DNA from: Tubulanus polymorphus
Taxonomy: Eukaryota > Animalia > Nemertea
DNA length: 64,000 bases
Direction: 5' to 3'
Assembly: GCF_964204645.1 (NCBI RefSeq)
Contig: NC_134035.1
Location: 12,370,451 to 12,434,450 of the forward strand
The notes under the pieces are model-generated. The model had not been told where the DNA came from and did no database searches. It saw nothing but the letters and a program-made list of their open reading frames with translations. How positions within the stretch are numbered: the first letter of the stretch is position 1; each line of letters opens with the position of its first letter. The translations under genes were made by a program, and so were the position numbers. Below are positions 12,225-64,000 of the stretch, in pieces.

Positions 12225-15200
12225 TGAGTAGTGCGACACAGTAATAGTGTGTATACAGTGTCTCTAATTATAATTACTGATCAGTCGTTTGATGAATAAA
12301 ATGTCAACCGAAAACATGTAAACTATCTTAAAGTAAATCAAACGCCGTCGCTCGATATTATCCTTCATAATTTAGAGTCCGATGGCAATTCGCCATGTCG
12401 GCTGCCAAGGGGAGAGAGAGAGGCGGTCTCTGTGCGTCGCCCCGTCGAAATTCATGGGTACATTCCACGTATCAAAACTGATCCTTAGAACCTCCTACTT
12501 CACTAACAGATGAATATATATGGGATAGAATAGTAATACGAGCCGACGCGTCCTTCGATGAGTTTGAAAATTAAAACTTTAAAAACTTCATGTGTCTCGC
12601 ATTAATTCAGGTGTTATATTCCATAAACCCAGACAAACGATAATTTAAAAAAATTTTAAAGTTTCCTTTTTCTGTGTTGGTATTGTATTAACCCTTTCAT
12701 AGAGATTCTTAATTCCAGTTTCTGGGATAAGTACCAGTCTGAAGTATAGTATTGAAATATGATTTAAATGAATTTGTTGGCTACATTATATGTTAAGGCC
12801 ATTGACCCTATTCCGTTACGAAGATCTTGATGGTCGACCACGCATGTGGAGCTGATTTCTTTGGACATTTTTCCAGCCTCGGGGGCAGGAAATTCCCCGA
12901 GGTTGGAGAGCAGCCAACACGTTACGCATATAGAATCTTCTTCAATACACACGGATTGTTGGCTGCATAATATAATTCCCAATTAGCTGCAAACTACTGG
13001 TCGTGTACTGGTTGGTCTTGATTTCTATTTAAATTCGAGATCTTCGTAATGTCATAATACGCAATTGACAGCTGAAAACGGTTATACTCGTGACATCCGA
13101 ATCAGCGGGGACTTGTAAAACATAGCATCATTAATTATTACCGATAGGCAGTTAGATATTCGAGCAATCAAAGATTTATTAATCCCTAGAAATATACGAA
13201 ACAAAATCAGACTGACGACCCTTATACCGAATGACGCTGTTTCTGTGTGTACCAGGCGAACATTAAAACACGGCATTTACATGAATAATTGATCATCAAA
13301 TTAGTTCATTATCTCATTAGCTCATTATAATCATTGTCCTGTTGTTTGTGTTTTGTTTTTTCGATATTTCGTGGTGTTGTTTACGAAGATATTTACAAGA
13401 ATCCGAAACAATTTGGAACTGGGTCTTGTCTATTAAGGAAGCAGTCGACATAAGCTAGGCTGCGATCGCGGTTGCTCTCAGTTGCGTCGGTAGGCGTCGA
13501 CATAAGCCAGCCTTAAGATTCCTGTAAATGCTGTAACCTATAGCCGAGATTTAGTATGAGTACGGTACACGTATCAGCATGCCTTGATTTGTACTGCATT
13601 TTCTGGCTTGAGGCCAGTATCAATATTGATAGAAAGTACTGGACAAAACTGAATAAAGACAAATTCATTCACCTAATCGGACAACTACTAATAACTAATA
13701 ATTCATATGATCTGTCAGCTTTCCTTATTGTAAACCCGTAGCGTCCCTTCTCTGTTGGTAAATCAGTACTATACCTGGTGGTTAAGTGTTTCTACATAGA
13801 TATGATACATGTATATCTAATTCATCTATGTGGAAATGCTTTTATATACCAGCTCTAGCATGTGTCAAAATCTATTAAGAAATATCATATAGAATATAAG
13901 TTTCAGATAGCTATTCCGTGGGGAAAAGTATAGTCTTTAAAGAGTTAAACTTTACGGTGCCGTAATATGAAAATCCTGACGTCACGATATCAGTTCGTGA
14001 AATAATGGCAGCGATTAATGCGCTTTTTGTTTTAATTCTTGCGGTTTCCATTTTAAAGTGTCGTAAACATTTCCGGGATAATGACAAGTCGCATCACGTA
14101 TAGAGCGAGGCGAGCGCTGAGATACGCTGCGGATTCATTCGAATAATCTGTCGAGTTTGACATGATAATATTGTAAATGTTTACGCCAATTTGCTTAGAT
14201 TTGCTGAGGAATATTTCACGTATAGACGACATAGGATTCCTTAAAACACATTTTTTAGAATAACACCAAATGCTTATAAGTTCATACAGTTATTAAATTC
14301 AAAGGCAAACAGCCTCGTAATTTGTCCCGCTTTATACGGCAAGGGTAAAAATCCCTTTAACTTATACCAGATATTTATATTTTCTCTCAAAGCCCGTTTG
14401 TATAAACCACGGTTAATTGATTCACAAGTACCACATGTATCTATATATTTCTTCTTGAATAAACTGTGTTTTTATCTAATCCGTCAATGTAGAACGTCTG
14501 TCAGTGTCATGTATGAACCTGTGCTCTGCGCAAAATATAATCATTTTGTGAAGCAATAAACTAATTGTAATTGTAATACACAAACATCAGCGAAATTCTC
14601 GGAAAAAAAACTATAAATGAAGCCAAAACCTAATGTTTACTTCGAATTCTCGAAGCCGGTCTGAGCGAAAATTCCTACGTGCTTGTTCTTCGTACGTGTT
14701 TCGATAGTAGCAGTCGACGAAGCGTCGTTCAGTTCACGCTCATACGCGTGTGCCGTAATTATTAAACAGTAATTAAAACACAAGGCATGACTATCGCCGT
14801 GTCGTAAAACTAATATTTAATATCTTTTGTCGTTTTATTATCTTAAACATTATAGGATATACGCGTTACGGCTTCTCTCTCGCTGGCGATTGTAAATCTG
14901 ATGATGAATTCTTGCACATGTTAAGCCACTCGAATATCAGTTTCTTATCGCAGTTATTACGGCTAATGTAATAAGCGATATTTTAGCATTAATTCCGATG
15001 TTCTATTTTCGATTATTAGCTACAGATTTGCATATTATATTAGTTCACGTGGAATTCGTAATTACTCTGCGATTTGAGGAGTGGGGAAACAAGGACTTGT
15101 TTTTACAACGAACATACGCTCCTGATTGAAGTTATTCTTTGTAATAATAGCAAAGCGGCCATTGTTCCTATTTTCCGTATTTTTTTGTTACCGTTTGTTC

Positions 15201-16603
15201 CAATAGAAATGATGATTTGATTTTTATGTATAGAGAGGGTCTTACCATTGATTACTGGTTAAATCGAACATTTTCACATATCAATGGAATATTCTTTAGA
15301 AATTCAGCTTGTTACTGGAAAGCAGCATTTTTCATTTTTCTGTAACCTTAGATCATACTAAACTATTATATAGAAACCATAGCTTAATCATCATTATCAT
15401 TAAACATAATCAACATCATGTTGAGTCAAATATATATGCAGCATATATAGCAATATTCAGAGGTGTGGCGTATCCCTCGTGAACCCAAATTCTCCGGAGT
15501 CAATTCTCGTATATACGAATTCCACAGGGATTAATAAGAGCGCTTGTTTTTAATTAATTCTACCTATATCATTAGTTATATTGCCACAGTAAATAGAATT
15601 AGATGAACTGCCGTCAGTATTAATGACATACGCCTTCAGTTAAGTCTTATAATACTGCGGAGTCAAAAGGAAAATCCTTTGATTACAAATTCGTCCAGCG
15701 TCCGGTTCGGGCCTAATTATCTGAGGTAAACGCCCGAAGATGAACCCCGTCCTCGTAAATGGAATCTGGCTGTACTTTATTTCAATAGAATCCATTAACA
15801 GTGCTACAAGCGTACGATAGAAATATTAAAAACGGATATTTTAATGGAGTTTGAATCGGAAGTATAGAAAGTACATATACGCCCAGAATTCTACAAACAA
15901 AAGTGAATACTGGTCGATAATGACAGCATTATCGTGTCATATTACTATTTCACTTGAGTCATCGTTTGCTGTAACGATACTGGATCTGATACAATAACGA
16001 AGTGCTTCTTCCTCATCACGGAAGGTGTCTATATGATGACCAATTTAACTGATATGAGATGATGCTCCAAACTTTTTACTCTACATTACTTTACTCGAAT
16101 TTATTGACAAACTTAAGGTCACAGTAGTAAGTTTAGTCTCTGGATTGTCTGGAAAAGATGACCCAGGAACGTTTCTACTATTTCCAAAAAAAAAACGTTT
16201 ATTTTTTGTCTGTAAAAGCCTGCTAAAGCCTACCGGATAGGATCACACGTACTTTATAGGAGTGTAGATCTAATATTTTCGAAATAATGACAAGATTAGA
16301 TAGAGATGATGGAATTCGTCACCCTGTTAACGTTTTCTGTCCACTGTCTCTCTCTTGCCTTTCCCATCGGTGTCTATAGTCGCGTATACGTCGTCCAGCC
16401 AGATTTTAATTAAAACTAATCATTTTATGACGCGAACTTATTCAAATCTAATGAATTATGAGTTAATAACTCGTACTCGTAATGAAGCTATTATTGAATG
16501 ATAAGCGATTGTTAATTATATGCGGTATGTGTAGCAGTTCGTGTTGTGGCGTGATCCTAGAATTTTATATCTTAGACGCCACTCACGGAAAAATAAGAAT
16601 GCT

Positions 16604-17013
16604 GCGTTCACACTAGGATTTCAGTACATTACGGTACTAAGCGTTCACATTTGGAAATTATTCGAGGCCCATTCGCGGCTTATTCAGTTCCGTACTGAAT
16701 TAAGCGCGGAATGTGATTCAGTGTCGAAAACCCGATCTCAGTACGGAACTGAGCTGGCCGCGTATTTTCTGTAGTGTGAACGCGGATTCGGCGCTTAGCT
16801 AGCCGCGTATTCACATCCACGTAGTACAAAACACTAAACACTTATTACACTCCCCTCTATTGGCACACCGGGTGTCTACTATACCGGGCTTACTAAGCAC
16901 TGAATTGCCGACTCTAGTATGAACGTAACTGGCTGCGTAAGCGCCGCATTTTTTGGTGAATTCGATACCAGCGAATTACAGTACTTCATGAGCGCCAAAT
17001 CTAGTGTGAACGC
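16604..17013. mobile_element. Non-autonomous TIR element (Harbinger-like termini GCGTTCACACTAG / CTAGTGTGAACGC)
   Basis: 13-bp perfect inverted termini plus internal copies of the same motif. Confidence 0.65.
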
Positions 17014-17284
17014 GATGATTTTTCTCAAATCATAAGTGTGTTTCATGTCGGTTTGATAATCTCGATGTTATTATTTGCTATGTTGATATGCGGTTCTCAT
17101 GAAACGAATTAGTTGCTAATGACACCTTTTCATATGCTCGATAATTACAAGTATAATAATGACTTATAGGTTTGTGGCGTTTGACACCTGTCGTTACATG
17201 TAATAGCAATTCCTCTTGTATGATGATAATATCGAATTCTTCAGTACAAGATCAGGGTCCCTAGACTAGTTCTCTTATTTAAAG

Positions 17285-17624
17285 TATATTAGCAGAGCAT
17301 TTTAAATTCAATATGTTCCTAGTCGTCCTCTTAGATCTAGCAATGGTCCAGCAATTTAAGTTTAACCTAATAACTGTCGTGTTGCTGGACGTAATGCTTT
17401 TACTTTCATAACACCAATTTTATGGAATGTATTACCAAAGGAAATTCGAGAAAGTCCAACTGTCTCATGTTTTAAGTCACGTCTAAAACCCTTCTATTTC
17501 AGGAAACTGTACAATTAATGTTTTAATCTGCTTGTGTCTTATCTTCTTATAATGTGAAGTGCGATGATTATGTTTTATAGAAATGCACTTTATAAATAGA
17601 TAAATAAATTATTATTATTATTAT
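17285..17624 (+). mobile_element. 5'-truncated L2/CR1-clade LINE 3' end (degenerate)
   Basis: Translates YVPSRPLRSS..(stops)..GRNAFTFITPILWNVLPKEIRESPTVSCFKSRLKPFYF, the typical L2/CR1 ORF2 C-terminus, followed by AATAAA and an (ATT)n tail. Confidence 0.85.
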
Positions 17625-20084
17625 AAAAAAAGACAAAACATTAATGGCGGGAAAACTGGACGCTGTCCTAACTGCTTTGCTTCTGGATGATTTCACCAGG
17701 AACCTCAAGCATTGAAACTCTACATGTGTTATGTAAAAGGTTAGTTAGTGATCAGTCGGGTGAAGTGCGGTGTCAGGCTCGATGATTGGTTGCTTTTTTC
17801 GCTAACAATAACGCGTTCAGTCGGTTTCATGAACAATTTTAAGCTTAAATCGGGTAAGTTTGTCCTATTGGAAAACAAGACGTAACCGGAAATTTTCTTA
17901 ATGAAAACTCTTCTTTCACGCTAGGCAGATGTGTGCGTATGCGTGCGTGCGTGTCAGTGATATATGCGCGGTGACCTCAGGCGCTTCTCGTATATACGTC
18001 GAATATTTTGATCCTCTTATGCTTAATTCAGTCTCTTTGATCCGCTTAATTTGCGTCAAGCGTCGCGAGATTTTTCCATTCACAAATTGTGAATAAACAA
18101 CCGGCTTAAAGGCAACACCTCACACTTATAAGACATGAGTGAGAGTGCTAAATAAGATTAATTGTAGCGTATCGAGAAGTCAGCCAAAAAATCATTATTG
18201 CATTAAAAGGTCAGAAATGTAGAATAATAGCTAAATCCATGTATCTAAACGTGCATCTAGACAGATCGACAGTATAATTATACAGTGACAATACAAGAAA
18301 CAAAACATGAGTTATAAAAGTATATGTTGTTTAGGTTTTAGTATAGATATTGAATAGATTTTTTATTGACTGCAAACTATTATAAACCTAAATATATTTG
18401 TAGTGGATTGTCTAGATTATTTACTCGATCTCAATCAATATTCGCCCCCGCCTTGAATGACTCAAATTCAACGTTCATGCACCGTGCTTAGATCATCCCA
18501 ACCAGCTTCATATGATCTAATGAGATCAAAAAATAGCAACAACATGAACCGCCCCCGCCCTCCCCAATTCCGTAAAAGTGGCCGCTCATTTTTTGCCAGC
18601 AAGCCAAATATCAAAACGAAATACCCTGTCACTGACATTAGAACCCTAACTCTTTCATTAATCTGTGTCAATAATATTGACGGACGAATATAAACTAATA
18701 TTTAAACTAATAAACGTTAATGAAAACATGCATCATGCGAGATTATGTACTTAGTAATTCGATCAAAATTAGAGTAAATTAATGAAATCAATATTAGAAA
18801 TAGCAACAGAATTATTTTCACCAACTACCTAGCCCCCTCCCCCATCCAACCCCAGGTGGGAATTTATATTGTATGTGCACATTGTATCGCTACCTTTGCG
18901 TGGTTAGATTGTCTGGGGAAAAACGGAAATACCTACAATAGAACGCGATGATTCTATCACAAATCTGTCTGATGTAGCTAATAAAATATGAACGAATGTT
19001 TGTAATTCATGCATATATAAACCATCTAATATTCATAGTTATAATTGTTTATGAACATCTAAATGTCGATGATCAGGATAGGAATAAACAATGCGTATCA
19101 TTATGTATTCATACTCCATAGGCCGGCGTTTCGTATGAAGTTTTCGTTTTAACGAATTCTTGTACGTTATTACTAAACAGACTGAAACGACTGAAAAAAA
19201 CTGACCTAACCGTAAACAATTAACGCTCGATTGTCATTCGACGACGAGAGACGAATGATTCGCGTAAAAAAAGATCAATTCAGAAGCGGACCATCTTAAC
19301 TGTTTTCAGATCAGTCCAATTAGTGTTTCCCAAAGGAGAAACATATTTAGGCCTAGCGATAGGAGTTGTTTCAGGGTTTACCTGAGATGATCTCCTAGCC
19401 TCTTTATCACGATAGACATATAAAACAAGCGATATCTTCGACCTAATCGATGATCGGTAAAAGTGAAAATCTTAGAGAAAATCTTGGTGTTAAAATAAAG
19501 CAGTTGTTACTCGCGATACATTTGAGCTGTGCGTGTATAAATTTCGTATACATGAACTGTTAATTTGTTGAAACTTCGGAGACTTTTACCGAGGGGATTT
19601 TTACCGCCAACCGAACTGTCGCATAAACGGATTCACCTAGCGAGACGGAGTTTCTTTTAAGACGTCTACGATACACACATGTATACATGTATGTGAGTCG
19701 AGCAGATGAACGTAGTTTATGATTTGTATTCGAGCTATAAATCGCAGGTATTCACAGGTACCGGCGGCGGCGACAGTATTGGCGGTGATATGCGTTTATT
19801 AATTAACTCTAGTAATTGAACAATTGTTGGCGGACTCGCCGCGTGTTCTGTCTGCTAGCGATCTATCCCCAAAGTCTGCAACTGTACATATATGTATCTG
19901 TCTTTTTCTGCCACGTAATGTTTTCTTTCTTATAAATAGTTAATTAATTAAGGCGCACGTTGATCATTCAACGCAACGTTTCAAATGTCAATATTGAATC
20001 GTTGCCATAATTACACGTTCGATGTATTTCAGCGAGGAAATACTCGTTAAAATGACGACGCCGTATGCAACCATCGAATTTAAT

Positions 20085-20165
20085 CCTGAGCCCGGTTTCA
20101 CGAACGGTGATTAAGCCACTAATTCGAATTAAAAGTTTATCCCCGTTCGGGAAACCGGGCCCAGG
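20085..20165. mobile_element. 81-bp miniature inverted-repeat element
   Basis: CCTGAGCCCGGTTTCACGAACGG / CCGTTCGGGAAACCGGGCCCAGG arms; termini resemble family C (42637). Confidence 0.65.
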
Positions 20166-22105
20166 GGTAGATCGAGGGTGGCTAACGCGGGTCATTCAAA
20201 AATCCGAGATGGCAATCTTAAAGAAAGGCAAAACGATTTCAAAAACTTTTGAAATGTTTCATGAGGTAGAATTGTCCAAGTACACTGTAATTATGTCCGT
20301 GAGATTTCGATAGAACACGAAATGAAAATATAGTGACGTTAAGTTAGTGATTTATGGCATCAGTCTTCATTCCATTTCTATTTTCTAGCAGTATCAATTA
20401 TTTTATACCGTTAGCCCAATTTCTTACCACATCATAAAACTGGTACAACGTATACTGTGAATTGAGGGTGATTCCTAAATTATTAAACTATTTCAAAGAA
20501 ATGTCTTTATTCTTTGGTGAGTTAGAAGTCGATAGTTGACCTTATATCAACTCTGATCCCATCATCAGGTGGAAAAACCCCGATATTGATTAGGGATACA
20601 TTTTACACTGCGAATTCGAGTGTTCATTCAAAACATAGTAATCGCCGTGTTAAAGTTCGATCTACGTGAAACGTAACAAACGCGAACAAGTTCCAATCGT
20701 ATATTGCCCGAAGGCTTTTACTCTGATGTCTACATCATTTTAGAACGTTTATCATCAAATCTAAGTAGTTTTTTGAAGTGTCTCGATTCGAATGTCTTCT
20801 GTTTTATCAACATTCTTCGCTCGACTTGCTTCGACCCACTCACGTTTTATTCGGCGACCTATTTATGATATTTCTTCGCTCAAATTCCTCCGAAATGATG
20901 TTTCGAGTGGGCCGCCACGACTCGACAAATCTCAACTTCAATCTGTTGTTCTGAACGTTCGCGTGCCTCTGATCTTTAAGTTTCAATGACCATTGGTGTC
21001 CGTGTTGTGACGACATATAAATGATCCCACGAGAGAGTTTGCCAGGAGACTTATTTTAATCGATAAACTTTCTCATTTTCGAGTGGGATTATCAATATAT
21101 TTACTTAAGATTTTCAGTATTTTCATGGGCTTACTCACGAGGCCATTTATTGCTATTTGAAGTTTAATGAGATGAAATACGGACGCTATCATACATCTTA
21201 ACACTTCCCTGCTATCAACAAAAAAGATCTAAGTGTAGGGAAGTGTAATGAGGCATTGCTTAAAGGAAAGAAGATAATCAAGAGTTACTTCGAAGGTTGC
21301 TGAAACTTTCACAGATTTTACCCAGTTGGAAACTCTACATTTCACCCAGTTACGAACTCGGTAGCTTTTTCGTGAAATTAGGTAAAAATATTCATGACCT
21401 CTGAGTTTCATTTCAGTTTGTTTGTCGATCATTTTCGATCAGATTATTGCGTGATTAACTGGCGATATTTCGAGATCTTCGCGATCCTCGTATATTTCTC
21501 AGATTCCGGAAGTGATATGCTCGAATAACTGGATAGTTCGCCTCGAGTAAAACTCTGCAACAACGAAATAGTGATGAAATCCCCCCTCCCCCCTCCCCTC
21601 TCCTCTCTACCTCCCCATCTCTCTCCCTCACCCTCTCTCATTCTCGTTCAGAAGATGTCGAATGTCTATCCTAAAGGCAAATCTCGCAGGCGTGGATGTC
21701 TTTCAAAAATATTGATGATTGCACGTTCGATATATGTATATATATGACAGTGAGATACAGTAGAATTATTAGATACGACCCTGTATTCGAACCAACTGAT
21801 AGAGAAAACCTATCGCTCTAATCATGTCCGTTAACCTCGCGGCCATAATGACTAGTTCAATAATCTAAACTATCGGTAACGATCGGAAAGAAGTTATTGG
21901 CCCTCTACAGACTGGTTCCGTGTGTGATTCTGAAACCTATTATTGAGAATTTCGCGTAAAATGTAACCGAATAATATATAGTTTTCAATCCAGACGTCGC
22001 GGCAATCGACCACCTTTTAATGAGGAAGGAACCGACCAATCGTTCGCTTTTATTGGAACATATATAAAAATAAACGATAAAAAACGCTAATAGTCTTTTG
22101 AATTG

Positions 22106-22616
22106 CGAATATTTGGCGCGGTTTTCCAAGTTCAATGAGTACAAATAGAAGCCCCTGTCCGTGAGTCTATCGCCTCGAAAGTTGCCTACATCATACTTTC
22201 AACCTAAAAAATACTTTTTCCCAACCAACGCGAGTGGTTATAAGGCCAAAAAAATTGATTCCTTGTTTCTCCGCTCTGCTGATCTTAAATGTTGACCCGG
22301 CCGGCCGCCTATCTACCCTATACATTACTTTTTTTAAAATCGTGATCAATTTCACCGTAACAGACCCGGCCCTATAGAAATGAACTGTTTATAAATTTTA
22401 TCATATTTTACAAAAATGACCCGGCCGCTGCGGAGAAACAAGGTATCATTTTTGTTTAGCCTAAGGTTAGTTCATTTTCGAATATTTGGCGCGGTTTTCC
22501 AAGTTCAATGAGTACCAATAGAAGCCCCTGTCCGTGAGTCTCTCGCCTCGAAAGTTGCCTACATCATACTTTCAACCTAAAAAATACTTTTTCCCAACCA
22601 ACGCGAGTGGTTATAA
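22106..22616. repeat. 138-bp direct duplication (22106-22243 and 22479-22616) bracketing MITE A copy 3
   Basis: The two copies differ at only about 2 positions. Confidence 0.92.
22244..22461. mobile_element. MITE family A, copy 3
   Basis: Same TIRs, TAA TSD. Confidence 0.9.
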
Positions 22617-23920
22617 TATAGGACACGACAAAGAAGAGAACGGAGTCACATCGGTTTTTGTATTATCGTCACAAAAGCGACAATTTAAGAATCTATTGGA
22701 CATCTTAAACGTATTGAGAAGGAATCGCGTGTGTATTTGCGTTGACACAACACGAGGTAAAAAAATACATCGCCTTTAATAAGACGGGTTAATTCTAGCA
22801 CGAAACCCGAAATATAGGTTACAGGTTGCGTTCCCTCAACTGAACCATCTCGTCCGTTATTCTCTCTAAGATCCGTACGTCATTTACCGTAGACGCTATC
22901 GCGAATACTGATAGACTCGAGGAGCTCCGCAGTTGTTAGTTGACTAGTCCATTCGTCAGTTAATTCATTCTCAATGAGTCAAATCGTAACCGTGGAACTG
23001 GGTCCTGACTACCGCTTCTATTTGAGAGCAGTTACTATTCTTATAAGACCTCGATTACTCCAAAAGTTATCGAAATACTCTCGAAAATCATACGTTTTAT
23101 CTAGTTCAATTTCAATTAAATTACTATTTTGTCGCGTCAAATTTCGCCAATTGGTTGCGAAAACTTCTCCCCGAAAATGGAAAATTCAGGTAGATTGTTC
23201 TAACAACACCTATAATGAATGTAAGTAGAGAAATTTGTATTTCTTTAAATTCATTTAAGATTCTGCGATTGCATCGATATTTTAAATCGTCCTTTCGTGT
23301 GAATAGAATTTAGAATTGTTTTTCAAAGCCAATAGTTCCTCAAAGAAGAGACAACTGAAGAACTGATCATTCGTATTCGTCATAAAGCGATCGCGTGTGT
23401 AAAAATGTCTGATTTTACGAATCGTGAATTTGATAATTTTCAAAGTTTAATAGAATTCTAAATGAAAAGAAAGCGCGCACGTACCTTGTCGATGGTGATT
23501 CTGTAGAGAGGCGGGTAATACGTTATCCGTACATAACACCAATAATGTCACTAGAACGCTTATTCCATAAAACATATTCATCTTCGTATATGTTTATCTA
23601 TCTAAAAATCTATAGATTATAAATTCGTTTTTCAAGTTCTAGAAACTTAGTTTCAAATTGGCGCTGATTTCGTCGTGAGTTGATGCAGAAAAAGTAAGGT
23701 AGTAGTTTTCGCGCGCCCGTGCGTGTCCGTGTGTGTGAGTATGTGTGTGTGAAGCGGTTGAAACAGTTTCGTCTCCCGGTTGCACTCGCGTATTACTGGA
23801 AATACGATAAAACTAAGTTGTCTCTGTGATCTGTCGTCTGGTTTGTGTGTCAGGTAGAACGCAGATTAAAGATTCCCAAACGATAGTGCGAGTGCTAGTC
23901 TGAATGTGCGACGATGTTCG

Positions 23921-24196
23921 GTCACGTGACTCGATCGTTAGGGGATGTGGTACATAGAACCGGTTTCAGCTGGTTTTGTCGAAGAAGTTGTTGAATGACA
24001 TGGTGTCGGGATCTCTGTGTCTCGTACCCCTCTCTCTCCTCCGCGTTCAGGGCGCTCCCAGATATTATATTCATACGTCGAATGACGATAGACACAACTA
24101 GATGCGATAATTATACCGCAATTGTCTCTCGTTAGTTCACGTAATACCCACTAGGCGGCGCTTTCTCAAACCGTCACGCTCGACCTTATGACGTGA
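23921..24196 (+). promoter_or_regulatory. Candidate regulatory cluster upstream of LGR start: palindromic E-box GTCACGTGAC (23921), CTCF-like CCACTAGGCGGCGC (24148), CRE-like TGACGTGA (about 24189)
   Basis: Motif matches 0.6-0.9 kb upstream of the ATG; function inferred only. Confidence 0.35.
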
Positions 24197-24796
24197 TAGG
24201 TCTCAAGTTTGTTTTCTATCAAATTGCGAAGGTTTTGTTTGTGATTCATCGTGGGCTAAATGTAAATTCGTGTTGTTAACTCGTACTACGGATAGAATAC
24301 GTTTCATCAGTTTGAACCTCAATGACAATATATTACGGTAGATGGCGGATGGGTGAAATGACAACCAAAAATGAGAGGAATGGGAAGGAGTCGACCCCAA
24401 TTTCCAAGGAATGGATCTGTCTATAAGGATTACGAAACTTTCAACTCTGATACTATTGTTTTTGAAAATGGTTCGTTGAGTTGAAACGTCGAATCCCTTT
24501 TTTCCTTGATTACAGGTTTTATTTATTCTTTAAATCTGTATCCTCGCTTCATTCGTTGTGAAAACATCTCAGTAGAGTTATGTGCTAATTCAAAGAGGTA
24601 TATACGTTCATACGTTCATCACCGGGCGCGTGAATAAATAGAATTCTTTTATTCAATTCTCACTCACCATCAACATCATCAGTAACCAAGGATGCGACGG
24701 ACGGTGCGGCGAGATCGGCTCAAACTCCCGCTAGATGTCTCCGTTATTCAGTCAACAACTCGCTTGAAGATCAGCGGCGTTAGTAACACACACATC

Positions 24797-63652
<38,856 letters not shown>

Positions 63653-64000
63653 GTAGGTTCAGCGCCAAATCGTGTGCGAGTTTTAACTTATAGCTTAATC
63701 GTGGTGCGGTTTAGTATACTGGCCCAGAGTCTCTGATGTATAAGGACTAGAGCTCTGTACTATAGAACTTAAAGATAAAACGTATCAGATTTCAAGAAGT
63801 TTTCGGTGTAATTACTGCTTAGAATTTATCAATATGATAACACTTAAGTCAATGCTTAGATAAATATTTGCAAGTGAAAACTTTCCCTTACTCTTTGAAC
63901 TGTCATAGTTAATAAGAGTTTAGTTAGATACCGACTCACATCTGTGGAACGGTAGTCCAGGTAGATTTGATGATATTGAATCTCGAGATCGCTTCTCAGT

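Overview
AT-rich, intron-rich invertebrate (eukaryotic) genomic DNA; the taxon cannot be fixed from this window. The ORF track is mostly noise: many calls start at GTG/TTG or lie in simple repeats. By reading splice sites I reconstructed one protein-coding gene on the + strand. It has 16 coding exons (24797-63652, 1873 nt, about 624 aa) encoding the whole ectodomain of a type B leucine-rich-repeat GPCR of the rickets/bursicon-receptor and LGR4/5/6 group: signal peptide, LRRNT, 18 LRRs and a YAYHCCAF...CIPMPG hinge. The 7TM part should lie beyond the right edge. Intron 1 is about 24 kb. The rest is non-coding and full of small repeats: PIF/Harbinger-like MITEs, pogo-like MITEs, a tRNA-SINE, an L2/CR1 3' end, Penelope-like palindromes with hammerhead-ribozyme cores, and mini/microsatellites. 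The most intriguing observations are the hammerhead-bearing palindromes, a 40-bp satellite whose every unit is a splice acceptor plus donor, complementary CT/GA tracts bracketing two in-frame exons, and a minisatellite that is an array of nuclear-receptor (RORE-type) sites.
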